A stretch of DNA of 64,000 nucleotides from Phoronis australis (GCA_002633005.1 NMRA01000013.1:230033-294032); one strand, 5' to 3'. Positions 12,754-27,775 are shown, counted from the stretch's first letter. Numbers and translations are program-made. Notes: generated by a model not told the origin, from the letters alone.

Positions 12754-15700
12754 CAGTCAATTTTTATCAAAATGACTTTGCCGAAGCTTGACGCAGAGGT
12801 ATCAGTACGTGTAGTGAGAAAGCGGTACCACAAGTCTCTTTTCGAATGGAATCAGGTACACTGGCATCTTCTGTTGGCAATTTTAGTTATCGGCGAAATT
12901 TTCAGAAAATGGCAATTTTAGTTATCGGCAAAATTTTCATTTTCTCTCAGTATATAGAGTCATCGGGCAAACCACTCAATTCATTGTTTTATCCAGCCTG
13001 ATTTTTAGCTTATGTCTCTCTGTAGGCCAAACCACTCTAAGAATCATTAAGAAAATTGTATGTATTTCTTATGGCAATAGTGCATGGTTGGCCATGATTT
13101 TTGACAGATCTTGCTGCTGTGACGCCCTTCAGTGGCAGTTATTTTACCTGTATCTCAATATCTATCTTAGGTCCGTGAAGGACCTTCAAGAAATTCGTAA
13201 CTGTTTTTATTGAGGAGTGAGTACAACTGAAGTAGATTTTTTGGCAAATACTACCACTAGAGCACTCCTGTTGGCCATTTTAGTTTCTGACAAGTTATTG
13301 GCTTTCCTTTAAAAATGCCTTGACAAGGGGATGTGTGGTTGGGATGCACCTACGCCATGCAGTCGATTTGACGTCAAAGTATATGAACTTAATGAAAACC
13401 CTTAGGCGCATACTGTTTGCGGTACAGTCATGGGTGCTGTGCGTGGCTCTTGTAAACAATGTTCGTTGACATCTTTCTCACGGGCGTGAATGCAAAGTCG
13501 CGTCATTCCACCGGAAACAACACAAGCCTGGCTTTGCGTCACGGTTAGCTTTGCGTAGTCAAATAATAAATGCTGCTTTCTTTATTATCTGTCAAAATTT
13601 TGAGAAAACTGTAAAGGCCGGGTTTGGTCGATACCGTATGTAGTTTTGTTTGTATTTTCAAAACCTACTGTGAAATCAGTTGTCACACCGGAACTACCGG
13701 GAATAGACTTGACCCCACATACGTTATGTCACTATAAGATCCTGTATACAGCATTGTTGGTTTAGTTGTTTATTTATTTAAGTTAACGTAAACAACGTCC
13801 AAGGACGTGTCATTTGTGGTTTTGTCTAATCACATCAGTCAAGCATGAGAAATCTTGCGCATTATTGCACCAAGACGTAACATAATGATAATACATATAC
13901 CTTAATGATGAGTATAAATTTGAGGTATGAGTTCTCGGGTGGGTATTTTAACGATTTTGTGGTATCGCCTTCGGTGGGTAAACAGAAAACATTACTACGG
14001 AGGAAGGGGGCGGGGGAACGAAAGAGCCTGTTGCTTAGGGTAGGGTTTTCATCATTTGGTATTTTACTCTGACCCAATTTGTTCAGTTGCCCAGGTACTG
14101 CGTTGGTCTGGATTTTGAATGTTCAGTGCAACTCCTATTTATTATATGGACGGCAATCCCTCCCTGAGTTCGGATATGTCACGGAGTATGGCGCGAAACC
14201 GTGCTGTAGATGTGTAGTTGAATAGCGTAATATTAGCTTAAATCTAGCGCTTTTGAAAACGGCAATGTTTCACGAGAGTAATACATTTGCAAATACACTG
14301 GTTTTTATTTTCCAGTAAAAACATTTTTAACCCATTTTGTTTTAAACAGTTGCCGTAACAATTTCAAAAGCGTGTGTATTGATGCTGGAAACCGTGGGCC
14401 TTTTCCTGAGAACTGCTGAATTAGGCAACCCGTTATTTACATAGTTCAAATATCAACAAATCAGCAAGTATCTGCAATTTTAGCTTTCTGCCAGTTTGGT
14501 TGAAAACATAAATTCGACACTGCGGAGTGCACAACTGAAAAACAGAACATGTGCCTTTAGTGAATGAGAGTGGCCTTCTTAAATTGATTATCGAATGTAG
14601 CCTCGTCCGGCCTCCATCGCGCAGTCGGATTCGTGTAAACCGAACAGTGAAGTTATTGAGTGCATTGACGTCTTTATTTGGAAATTCAAGTGAGTTAACT
14701 AGCCTGATCGATTTCGTTACTTTCGCATTAAAAAAAAACGTAGGGAGCCCATAAAACATGGCGTATTTGCTATTTCGTATAGGGTGACTTGTGAGTGCCC
14801 TAAAGGCAATATAGTATGAAAACAAGTGTACTACTGCCTGCAGATTTGCAGCAATGCTGAGTGTTAATTAAGAACACCAGCGAAGTATAAGCCGAAAGTT
14901 ATAAAGGTGTCGTTACCAAGCGGAGATCAACGTGGAATTAAAATTGAAAGCCAATTATTGTGTATAGGGGACCAGTCTGTGCTTCTGTTTTGAAGGACAG
15001 CCTTAATTGTTAAATTCCTCGACATCATTTTTGACCAATTATGAGGCAAAATTGAAGCCATCTAGTCTCTGCTAAGAACTAGTATTCTCGAACGTTCTCA
15101 CCAATCAAACTACGCGCATACTTGGAAAAGAAGCGATAATAAACACTGCAGCTAGGAATGACTATTATTCGGGTAGGGAACTGGATAGGAGCTCAAACTT
15201 TTAGAGTCGTCTGATAGACATCATTTTAGTAAATTTGCCAATATAACAATATTTTAATGTAACAGTAACTAAAATACATGTATCATGCAATGATATAAGG
15301 TTACCAACTATTGGTAATCTTATAATAATGCATTATAATATTACAATTTAGCAAGCCATTGCAATTTATAACCATTTCCTGCTCTGCGGTGAATAAGAAG
15401 GAAAGGCGGACCCTGCAATTTGTAGAGGATTGGAGTATCACGGATATATTGACCAATGAGAGATTTTTCCAGCTCTTAATGTATTCGAAACAGAATCAAT
15501 ATATTTGAAGATCGACAATACCCGTCTTATGTGGAACGTAACCAGGGAGGCTAATGCGACCCTAACGAAACTCACTTACATAAAGTAATACATTATTTAA
15601 GTTTGTCTTGCATGGGAAAGTCAAACGGAAGTTAACGAAAGATTTCATCATTCCAGTAAATTTAGAAGTCCGATAAGCACATGTCCATTTTTTAAGGAAA

Positions 15701-18700
15701 TGTTGATGTTGGTTTTCGTTCGTGGCAAAATATACACCTGGCGTTCTGGAAAAAAGTCTTGTTGCCGCTGTTGATTGGGGACTTTTGGACCTGGTCAGGA
15801 TTACAGAAATGTGTCGCAAAAAGGATATCAATCTACTCTTTCACCAGCAAAACACGTCATGTATGACGTTTTTTATCCCATACAAGGTATACGTTTAGTT
15901 TAGAGTAACGTGGGGTAAACGAAAACGTAATTTAAAAACGTTCAACTTGAATTATTTCTTAAGAATACAACCAATCGGGCGACGACTTATAATTGTCCGA
16001 GAAACTGGAGCGTTATAGCTAGAATAGTTTGTATCACGTGAATGTCAGAATACAACAGATTATTACGTAATCTAGGCGATATCAGTAATTTTTCTCAGCA
16101 TCGCTTTTTATTCCTTGAACTACATGTACATGAAGACTCTTAAGGTTATACAGGATCCTCAAAAAATGGCAAATCCGGGAAATTTCGAAAATCATGTCTC
16201 TGAAATGGCCGATATGGATTCGTGGAAAACTTTCAGAAACCTTGCTTTTGCACGAAGACGTTTTTGAGATTTTATCTTGAATGAACATTTATGATAACAT
16301 AAAACTCTGGTTATGTCATTGATACCGTTATTTTGTATAGATGTACATTTCTTGTTTGCTAAATTTTAATGACATGGTCACTAGATTCAATCAATGGCCG
16401 AATGGTATAAAGTGAAAAATCCCCTTCTACGAACTTTCTGCTTTGAAAAGGTATGCACTGTTACCGAGTTTTAATTCAGTTTTTTTAGATGCATATCTAC
16501 ATACTAAGACAAGTCGAAAAGGTTTTACATAACTTTTGTCAAAACACTTTTGATTTTGGCCTCTTACTGTATAGATCGGTTTTATCCTGTTCCTTATTGA
16601 GTTTAAAAATGATCTCTAGGCTTGAAGAAGAATGATCCGACGCATGCCCATTGAGTTAAGGCGGGTTAGGCTAAGGCAGTATGGTCGTCATGGAAACTGC
16701 AGGCAATTTACTGCAACCAATTTTAATTCAAACATAGGATAAAAACGAGATGAATTTCCTTTCGAAGAGAAAATGCGATTACGAAAAATGTTGATGTGTT
16801 ATGGCCAGAACATATTTCGGCTAATGCCTGGTTACTGACCTTGGAAAGGTCTGTGAATATAACTACTGTTTTAATGATTTTGGACACGACGTATCTGTGT
16901 TTTTAGTCAAGTTGACGCAGCTAATTAAATGTCTGTTCACATGTGATCTTCACTTGACTAATGATTTATGAAATTCGATCGCCACTGAGCTGATCAAAAG
17001 TTGACCTTTCTAACACTCCATCTGTTGTCTCATAGACTGATATACCGGTAGTATACGAATAGTAAAATTCTATTGAAAAACGTAAAGGGTACGCTTGATG
17101 GTCATTTTGTTGAAAATACAAATATTAACGACGAAATCATCCCATAATTCCTATTTTACCGTGGATACCAAAGCACTGGCGGGGGTGTTCGTCACAAAAA
17201 CACATCTTCGGAATTAACCAATTTGAAATATACGACATGCATGACTTACGAGTGGCAAAAATACTTTAATCTATTAAACGTGGATATATCTTCGTTTCTG
17301 TTTCGTACTTTTACGTATTTTGCCAATATCTTCATATTATTTGCTTTTATAATTCCGAATTAAACCAATTTGTTCTGGGCAGTGGGGAGAGCACGCTTGC
17401 GAGACACTACCAACTGTTGGAGATCATACCCCCCCCGAATTAATACGCTGAGTCTTGGCTGACTGAATATCTTCAGATCCCGACCTCCATCCCATCTTTG
17501 CCGTCGTCGTAAAACCAAATTTCCCAACTGATTGAGACGATGTCGTGAATCCCAATTAGTCACCCGAAACGATACATGAGAAGGAAATGAACCACTTGAG
17601 CTTTTTTACCTTCCTAATAGCCCTTTGTTTATGGAAGGCCGGGAAAAATTCCAGAGCCGCAGAGTAATCGACAATGACCAGTATTCACGTGTTCTCAATT
17701 TGTCACAAAAGTTAGATACTAAAAACATTTTGCATTGTGGTCTATATTTTAGCATTGTTATTTATTTGAAGATGGGCATATTCAATAGAGTTGTGTATTT
17801 AAGCTGATGTTGATTAATGGTTTGTGAGAACACAACGGATTTGTTTTGCTAAATTGTTCCTTGGTCATTAGATTTGTAAGCCACGAACATGACTTTTAGT
17901 TTAAAAATTACAAATTGACTTATTGAACGTCAAAAAGTCTCTATCCATTACGAGTTCATTATCAACAACCGGTGACACTACAAGCACTTATAGGAAACAT
18001 AGTTATTAAGACAATAAAGATTATCGACTTTTCAATCATAACAGCATGGTTGACGTATTTTCGTTTTGGTCTTTGTTCCTGTTGAAAGTTGCGTAACGAA
18101 TCCTGTGACGTAGTGGTCTCCTTTACGGTCACTCGTTGAGTGCACTTGGACGAGGATAGTGTGAAGCACAAAACGGAAAAAATAGTGGTGTACTGCATGT
18201 TAAAAGGTAATTTGTCATTGAGATCGTAACTGAAAATCTCCTTTTTCTGCCGGTGTTTATTCACTTGAAATTCATGTAGACTTATTTATTTTTACAAGAG
18301 TTGTGCTACATCACGTCGTCGTCACGGTACATTATTCGACTTAGTGTGTGTAGAACTTTAGAAAAATGTCAAAATGTGGCTAATTTCGGAACATCATATC
18401 TCATTTGAAACTTTCAGATACTAAGTTTTATTTATTTTTCTCCAAAAACAAGATTGTTTTTAGAATACTCCACTTTTGCATGAGGAACTGTAAATTATGA
18501 TTTTTATGGTTTCTGTGAAAAAATCAAAAGTTTCATCAAACGAAAACAACGTGGTAATTTAGATAACTGTTAACTACCGATATTTTAACGTGGACATTTA
18601 TATCCACTGACATTTTGGTCAAGTTATTGATATTATTGGTCTGTTAACTACATGTATGTGCTTGTCTTTTTCCTACCGTGGTCACGTAATAGATTGGTAA

Positions 18701-20479
18701 AACTCTACAGGGTGTCTACATTCATATAATATATTTACATTTACATTTATTATGTAACTTTGTAGATATTTGGATAAATACTCAGACTTGTCGATAAGGT
18801 ACTACTGTACGTAATTCTGGACCACTTTCTTTCACTGGCACTTGTCATTTCTGTTGGCGCCCTGTAAGAATGGTGTCTTTGTGTTGATTAGGTCGACCGG
18901 GCATGTCGAGTTTTTTGTAGTGTCACCCTTTATTAATACGATTTGCTTTAATCGTGAAACTTTAATTTTAGTCTCTTGCGTTAGCAAAAGGAATATCTTT
19001 GGTTTAATCTGTTCTTCCCAAATACCGTAAGGTGGTGACTGTTCGACCGAAACGTGTACTGAAACTGACACCATATTGTGTAGATAGATACCTGTAATGA
19101 AAGTCATTTTCACTGACGGAAGAGCCTGAAGTAAATAAACGGCATGAATGGGATAGAATTGGGAAACTACACTGGTTTTACTTCTGCAATTAAGGTATAT
19201 GTCTCCGATGATTAGAAACATCTTATCAGGTGAGTGGTATTGGCACCAGGATCGGCACTGCTCAAACTCAATCGATTTGCCGGTGGTGTATTACGATTTG
19301 CGTTCAGTTTCGTGGAGCCAGTTTTTCGAGAGAAAAACGAGAACGCACTCGTCTTCGTGAGATAATGTCTTGTATTACAAGCGAAGCACTTGGTCACCGT
19401 CATATTGTTGTACGTACTTGGCGCCAGTGGCCTTATTACCTGAAATAAATTGATTACACCTACGTAACGGTCCTGGACTTCATAAATAACTACTTGTGTG
19501 AGTTCCACTGAACTGAAGGCAGAAACACCCACGGATCCTTCTCGGAATAGTCCAAAAAACACGCTTGAAAGCTCTTTCAAGAGCCGTCGTCTGGCTTACG
19601 AGTTTCAAATGAGTTTGTCATGCTTATATTCGCATAGTTAAAACTTGATTGTAAAATAATGTTTACAAATGAGATTTTTTGTGAGGAAAAGACGTCAGCA
19701 TACAGAAAGAACTGGCAAAAGGGTCCATGAAGGTTTTATTCGTTTCCGAGAACGCCTTAAGGACTCGGTAAATTACGAGATAATGAGTTATTTTATTTTC
19801 CTTCCGTTTGCGAAATACAAGGATGAATAGCAGGTTGCCTGCTCGCAGCGTTCGTTTTTGTGGGTACTTTGTTTGCAAGCACTCTTGTTTAAATAGCGAT
19901 TATGTCTGCAATCCGTGGACTGAATGCAATCCCGCGTTCGAACAATATATCTATCTGCTAACTTTTATATGCACCTATAGAGACCAACCCAACATGATGA
20001 CAAGCCCATTTCTGGCTAGGCTGTGGAAAACATGAAAAGCGGTGTTGTTAGATAATCATAACTATCTCTGCCTTGTCACCCTGCGATCAGATGGTCTTTG
20101 TTTACTTGAGAGATAAATCCGAAGCTCAGGGCATAATTTGGCATACATGAAGATACGTTTGAATAAGTCAATCAGGAGTTGTAACTTGAGTTTGCGTGCT
20201 CTTGAGTTACAAAGTGTATTTTGTTTGACCGTTTTGGTATTGGGCTTCAAATTCACGCAGGTGTGGACGTGAGGACAGTTCTAGAAAACGACAGCTAAAG
20301 TTCTACTGTCCTGACAAATCCCTGTGAAGGGCTGGTAGCAGTGTGTCTTATTTGGCCGACGTTCCAGCTAAGTTGAGCCTCAACTTTGGGCTTGCTTATC
20401 GAATTGAGAGAAAGTAAACCGCGAGAGGCAAGAACTCAAGGAAACTTAGTGTATTTATGTCGAATGAAGGAGATTCGAA

Positions 20480-20909
20480 CAGGTTTGTGTATTCAGACAT
20501 ACATGTATAACGACAGACTCGTAACTTGGGGGCTGTTATAAATGGCAATTTAATGTGGTTGAAACCATGAAACCTACAACAAGACGTGCTAGGTTACAAT
20601 ATGGTACAATCAGGGTGCTGCGGTCGAGTCTAGATTCAGTCTATCACTTTTAAGCAAAGATACAGGGATGTTGATCAACAGAAATGGGAAGAAAGATTAA
20701 ATCCATACAGTAAGTTCGAAACTTTCGTTGCCATCTCTTTTACGCTTCGAAAGTTATTGTAGTGCATAGTTAGAATTGGTTTATAATTCAAGTTACGATC
20801 GAGACTTCAATTCGATGTTCTGCGCATTCATTAATGATTGAAGTAGGCAGACATTCAGGTTACCCTCGGCATGGGATGCTATGTCCTGTAAAGTTTGTGT
20901 TCAGCTTAA
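20480..20909 (+). mobile_element. LINE 3' ORF2 relic (CR1/L2-type), cut by the Sola3-like insertion
   Basis: Translates as FKQRYRDVDQQKWEERL and RCSAHSLMIEVGRH, a common post-RT LINE motif. Confidence 0.65.
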
Positions 20910-23900
20910 GAGTGACTCCATATAAAAACCAACAGGTAGAGTCTATACCCAAAATCACCGATTTTTTTAAACTTAGCACATGAGTTTGGTTTGTTGAGAA
21001 GTAGAAAAACCTCACTTTTTAAGAATTTTCATTTATTATTTTTCTTTTTATGACCTGTACCTCCATTTTGCAACAAAATTGAGCGTCGAAGTAGGCATGT
21101 TTGAATGCATTTTACTAGCATGCATGGTACGGTCAAAACAAATGAATAAACGAATTGAAAGGGCAATGACTGAATAATTTAATGGCATAACTTTCAAAAT
21201 ACATTTTTAAATTTGTACGTTTTGAATTTGTGAGGCAAAAACGGCTATTTTTCAGGTTTTCACTGAAGCCAATTTCGGCCACATTTGGCACTCTGTAGCA
21301 GCCATAACGCACCTTTCCTGAAATTGACTTTATAATAATTTGTTCAGTCATTCCTAACCTGTTTATAATCTAAAATAAAAAATCTTGCCTCTAATGTAGT
21401 TTTTGCGTACGAAGCATTATACGAACTGCACTTCGTCCTTTTGCATGTTCTCAGTTGTCTCTGCTGACAATAGGGGGCTCTTGGAACATGTGATTAGCTT
21501 GCGAAACACTACATAAAAACTTTGTATTTTGGAGAAAAGGCAGACAGCATTATTAATTACCATTCTATGAAAACGACATTGATGATTATTACTTATTACA
21601 AAAATGTGTACGTAAATCAACTGGCATGCGTGCTTCTAAATGATAGATGGCGCTGCTTTTGTTTACGTGGAGACGGAAGACGCATCTAGAATAAGAGCAG
21701 TAACACGAGTACCTTGCTATAATTCAACACTTCGCGAGATATTGCCCTGCGTTTTAAATGAGAACACGTGGTTTTGGATAAATTTTAGAGAGGTTCTAGT
21801 GTTACTGAACTCACCCCTGCCTTGTTTTCTATCTGCCTTGTTCGTGCCACAGGCAAAGGAAGGCACCCAAAGTGGATATGGCCCCCTAGTGTTCAGTGCA
21901 AAAAACCCTTCAACTTGTCAATAGTCATAGTAACTTTGGGTTCATATTGTAATGGCCCTGCTGGTTGCTACAAATTTTAGTCGCCACCAGTCGCCAGAAA
22001 TCTGGTGTTCCCCCCCACACACACCGGGCACCCTATCTGAATATTTCTGCCAGTGTGATCATCAGTGGTATAAAAAGGTACACATTCACAGTCAATAGAA
22101 AATATTTCACGAAAGACAATTTTATTAATGACTCAGACAGGAAGTAAACAGAAGTAACGGTCTCGACTTCATATATCACACATCTTTGACTGGTATGCTA
22201 CAAAAATAGGCTAAACGTTGAGCTCATTTACGACTTCATTCAGTAAATCTGATGACATAACAGCATCTTCAGCAGAAATAGCATCGTCATAAACGTGGCT
22301 GCAGACAACCTCGAAAAAATTCACCAGTCTGCGATTCACTTAACATCACAGGTAAACACTTTCACATTGGGTTCTCGTAATGTTTTCTCCATTTTGGCAC
22401 TTCCGAGGGTGAAAGTTTTTACCTGACTTATCTTCTTCATCGAATATGTTCGTCAGAAAGTTCTTAACCTTTGGTGAAAAATCTTGTTGACGTTTTACCT
22501 TTTGCAATGCCTAACCCTATTGCTTCAGCATTCGTCTCATCCACATTATACTCTGAGGCTGCCTCAAATGACGCTCCGGTTCTTGCATCTGAAAGCATTT
22601 CTGACGACTGTCGTGCGATGTGGTCATACGTGCTCAGTGTGGTTACCCACATCCAAATGCCGACCTAGTTCTGCGTCTGTAGCAAAAAATTTCGAGTAAC
22701 CTTGCTGGGTACAAGGGAACTTTTGTTGAGGCTCTTCACTAGATACGATGCCAACCTTAAGTCTTGGTGTTGAAAATCCGTCATGTTTAGAGATGTTAGT
22801 GAATCTTAGAGAAATAGGTTTCCCATTTTCTCAGTATTTGTAAGAACTTACCGTCACCTGCATGGAATGATTTCCACACGCGAATTCCTTGGGTGGAATA
22901 GTGGAAATTTGGGAATGTCCTTATACCAGGAACTGAGTATTATGGAAAAGACTTTGTTGCATTGACTGAACATGCATACACATAACATCCCTTCACACGG
23001 CAACTGGAAAGTAGTGCTTCTTTCAACTCCAGAAAGTTTATGATATTATTACTTTCGGCTATAAAGTACTTTGCATGTTGTTTGAGTGGAGCGATCTTGC
23101 GATCAAAGAGATCCTTTCCATTCTGACTTTCACTAAAGTCGTATCTCGAAACAGAAATGCCGGTAGAATTTGACAAGGCTGCTACATTCAGGAGGAGAGG
23201 GGCAGAGTGGTAACATCCAGCATTACCTGACTCTTCCATGGCTGGTCCTGTTCAGTCAGAAATTCACCGACTCTGGGTAGTACGAGTCCGTACTCTGGCA
23301 CAGGCCTTGCTTTGTGAAGTAGTTTCTTGTATCTCAAACGTTCAGTGGTGTCTTTGACATTTACTACAGCACAAATGTTTTGTGATTTTTTGCAGAATAA
23401 ACTCTAAAGGAACATGAAGGCCCATCGACATCGTCCGCCATTTTGTCTTTTTAAAATGCACTTGCTTCTCTCAAAAAAACAGTCATTACAAGTATCAATT
23501 CTTACTCGTTTAATCTTAAAGGCATTTATTTCCATTCAAAAGTTCTACAGAGTGTTTAAATTTACCTGATTAAGTAAAAGAAATGAAAGAATACAAGAGG
23601 GTTAGACGTACATTTTTTTATAAATCCTCAAGCTTAACTTCAAATGACTCCCTCTGTGGGCAAAGGTCATCGGGTTCAGTTTTGATACTAGCCGCGTAAT
23701 AAACCCGGAAAACATCTTGTTTTCATTTGAAAGAGTTTAGACTTGGTTTCTATAACTATTTAAAGCAGACTTCTTGCCTAAAAGTTTGTTCAAATGGTCT
23801 GTAAACTCTGCTCGTCATTTTCAAACTATGAAAATAGACAGTTTTGCACGACAATTTTCACTAAAGTGCAAAGTTGAGGCAAGATTTTTTATTGCTCAGT

Positions 23901-24368
23901 CATCAAGACTAACTCTTTAACTGTATGTTCAAAACGTCACAAAAGGCTACAAGGTGTTTTATGGCAGTAAGAAGGTCACAAAAATGGCCACTAAAATTAG
24001 CCCCAAAAAGTGGTCTGTGGATTATCTCCCCTGACTAGCACAAAACTGTTAGATTTTAATAAATGGCACAGAATTATGCACAGTATACGTTGGTTATTTC
24101 AGCCACCAAAATATAACTTTTGATCTATTCTGTATGTTACTCATTTTTGTTGCTGAAAACATGCGATTTTTGAGACGGCTAATATGCCCAATTGTGCCAA
24201 TTTGTGTTATCATGCTCCAGCGGCGAAATTAGGGGTCATTGAGAGCACAAAATTTGGCATTTGGGTTTTTTTTAGGATACCTACCCATGTACAAAAAATG
24301 AAGTTGTTTTAAATTTTGACGTATAGACTGATTTTTGAAAATCTACTGGTTTTTATATGGACTGCCTC
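20910..24368 (-). mobile_element. Internally deleted Sola3-like DNA transposon
   Basis: TTAA on both sides; GAG...CTC termini; imperfect TIRs GAG(TGAC/GCAG)TCCATATAAAAACCA..GTCTATAC; transposase relics inside. Confidence 0.75.
22250..23240 (-). pseudogene. Frameshifted Sola3-type transposase fragment
   Basis: NAGCYHS..RYDFSESQNGKDLFDRK core, then FPCTQQGYSKFF..LGRHLDVGNH (decayed C2H2) and a C-terminal region broken by stops and frameshifts. Confidence 0.72.
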
Positions 24369-27155
24369 TTAACTACTCTGTGGAAAATCCTTCTATCTGT
24401 ATTGCGTTTTCTTGAAATTTGTGAAACTCTAAATAAGAAGTGCAAAGTGTACATTGTTTGTTTTTTTATTGTGTATTTTACACTCTTCATGTGGGTATGT
24501 GTTTTCTGCAAATTCCTGGCATTGGAGTTGAAATATTTCTTATTCGTTCTGATAAAGCATATCATCTTTAAGAACAAGAGCAGGAGTTGGCTGGCCATTC
24601 CGGTGAAGCCTTCTGAGAGCAATGGCTATATCATCAAGCTTATGGATCTGATTAAGTGGGAGACCCGTTTGTAAGGCATATCAGGCATGAACTCAGCGCA
24701 TAAACAAAAAAGTAAAATGATTCCCGTTGTTGTCTGAAAAAGTTGCTGTTTTGGAAAGATTGTCATCAATAGAAGTCATTGCCGCCTGACAAGATTATTT
24801 AAGGTGATATATAAACTTGGTGTAATTCAATCATGCGCCCTAAGTTGTTGCAGAGGGTCATCTGGTGTTGTAGTTTGGTTTATGGTTATGGTATATCCGG
24901 TTGCTCAGTAGTAACTATGCTCAGGCAGGTCACTGACCTTCAAACATTTCTAGGGGCAGTTTGTGTAGTCCCAATATGGAAACCTTTAGGGCTTGTAATT
25001 TTCCTCTTTTAAGAGGTTTCCTTCTTTTTTATTCGATTTCCTCTTAATAAATTTTCAGTTTCCTCCTCTAGTCCCATTTTGATCATTAATTTTATATTAT
25101 TCATGCAAAAATATCCATTTCAATTAAGTTTTAACAAATAAAAAAATCTAGCAGACAAGCCCGTTAAGTTGTGTAATGATACATCACCTAGAAAATTCTC
25201 CTCTGTTTGTCATTGGTCATTCAAAGCCCCGAAGCTAAGCTTTGCGCAAACAATTTCTTTATGGAATATTCTGTTTACACTGACACGTTCTAAGATATAA
25301 CTGGTACTGGTACTGGTTATTTTAACTTGGATTTACCATTGAATGGATTTCTTGATTCTTAATATGTTTTCACCAAAATATGTACAGTACAGTGTGTGGT
25401 TTGCCTACTGGCGGGTCATTAACAGGCAGATGTTAGTTGACATACTTCTCGCAGTCAAGAGTGACCGTACAGCTCCTGTGTTACGTGATATTGTGTATTT
25501 ATTGTTCAGCGGTGTTGTACAGTATATGCAATTGTTGTTCTTTTAAGAAGCTGCATTTAGACATCTTGAATTTGAGAGTGGTTGTGGTAAACATTGCTGT
25601 ACTTTTTTGAAAGGCTGCGGCGTTGGGTTAGAAGTTGTGCTTGTAAGTAAGGTGTGTTATGTGAGTAGTGATTATTGGTGATAACTCATGGTAAATACTA
25701 TGGAGCTTTATATCAGAGAATGCTTTTTTATTGTGGGCCATGATCATTAACAAGGAGACTACGTTTTCTGTAAAAAGGATGCTGAACCCTGTTTTGATAA
25801 TTTCATCCAATCCTCAATCTGGCGTCTGCTAATTCTTCATTGGCGTCAATCGCGAAAGATAAAAGCAGGAATGAACTAAAGATTCGAACCATTATCTCAC
25901 ATACTAGACATGATGATCCATGCAAAGTTACAGGGCATCAGTTTTTTTAACAGAATTGGATGGAAAATGGCTTTTAGTATTATTCAATAGGCCAAACCGG
26001 GTTAGGTATCCTTATGAGTAAGGTTTAGTGTTTTGAAGTGTGTCCCTAGTCTAGGTGTGAAACATATTTTTAAAAGGTTTAACCCATGGCTGATTTTTTT
26101 AAATTGGGGCTTGTTGGCCTACAAGTCTGGTTAGCATGAATTTAAAACTACGTTAAGAAGGCTCAAGGTTTTGATTCAAGTCAAAATCCAAACGGATTTC
26201 TTATATTGGACCAAGAAATGAAAAATCACAATTAGAGTTATGATGTCTGCACATTTATTGCATTAGTTAACATAGAAATTGCGTTTGTTGCTAACGCACA
26301 CACTGCTGAAACTAGTAACATCTATAGTCACCTATATACCCAAAGTCATTGGTAGAATATCTTAGTCTAAAAGTTTTCAGATGTTTATTTTCATTGAGAT
26401 TTGAATAATACAATTCAACCTCAGTTTATATCTGTTATCAAACGAATTATGGTACTAAAAATCTGAGCTTTTTCATAGCTGAATTATTGGAATCTTAACT
26501 TTTGTTTGAATTGAAAGTCATTACGGTGTATTCCTAGGCTACTCAATTTTAACTGCACAGTAAGCAACTATATTGTCCAGGTTACTCTTAAGTATCAGTC
26601 CACGGATCCACCGACCACTGTACAGCCAACAAGCGGCAAGGTGGGGGGTCAGCCATTCAGATCCATGTTTAGCCTGATAAATCACATTAGAAATGAGAGA
26701 AATTGGGTGAAGTATGACGCCACAAAGTTTGGTGGTTTAGGAGATACAAGGGTAGTGTTCTTGGGGGCAAAATGAGGCAATTTCTTGGTGTGGAACGAGT
26801 CATTTTTGACCAAACTTTCTACTCCAGTTTCTGCTTCAAACAGAATCGTTTCTGAACAATTTTGATATCACATGATAGGTTCATGACCAATGTCAGTAAA
26901 AACGGCACCGACACTGCAATATCGGTTACCATGGTAACACTGGAACTGTTTCCGTGGAGGTACATTTCCTTCTTGTGAAAAACCAGCAGTAAGTTGTACC
27001 CTTATAGCGAAGCTGCCCCCGCGAGAAAACTAAAATTAATAACATGGACATGTAGAAGACTCCATGCCCTTGAAATTAATACAATAAAAACTTTGTCAGC
27101 CCTTCAGGCAGGCTTGGTAACAGGTGTCTAAATTTCACTATTTTCAGACCGCGTN

Positions 27156-27775
27156 AACCATGAAACCAACGACAAGACGTGCTAGGTTACAATATGGTAC
27201 AGCCAGGGTACTGCGGTCGAGTCTAGATTCAGTATATCACTTTTAAGCAAAGATACAGGGATGTTGATCAACAGAAATGGGAAGAAAGATTTAATCCATA
27301 CAGTAAGTCTGAAACTTTCGTTGTCATCTCTCATACGTTTCGAAAGTTATTGTAGTGCTTAGTTATAATTGGTTTATAATTCAAGTTGCGATCGAGACTT
27401 CGATGTTCTGCGCATTCATTAATAATTGAAGTAGGCAGACATTCAGGTTACCTCGGAATGAGATGCTATGTCCTGTTTGTGTTCAGCTTAATATCTGAGT
27501 CTGATTTTCACTTTTGCCCCTTTTACATTGGCCCAACAAACAAATACCTTCCTGAAAGACATCTTGCGACACCAAGTAGACAAATTTATAAACATGATGC
27601 GAATTGAAAACCAAATTGAACTTAAGTGTGACGTGTCTGTAAATTTATTTATAACGCTTTGAAAACGAGACGGGGGCAGTTTTCAGTTTTGAAGTAGGTT
27701 TACACTCATGCTACTTTATGTTTATTTTGTAACGTATTGTAACGTTTTGTAACATATTGTAACGTATTGTAACAA
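27156..27775 (+). mobile_element. Second, uninterrupted copy of the LINE 3' relic with a 10-bp repeat tail
   Basis: Close match to 20563-20909, starting just after the N at 27155; (TTGTAACGTA)-like repeats at 27727-27773. Confidence 0.7.

Noticed and set aside
19080-19220. KVIFTDGRA, resembling a VWA motif
   Set aside because: Flanked by stops, with no other VWA motifs or splice support.
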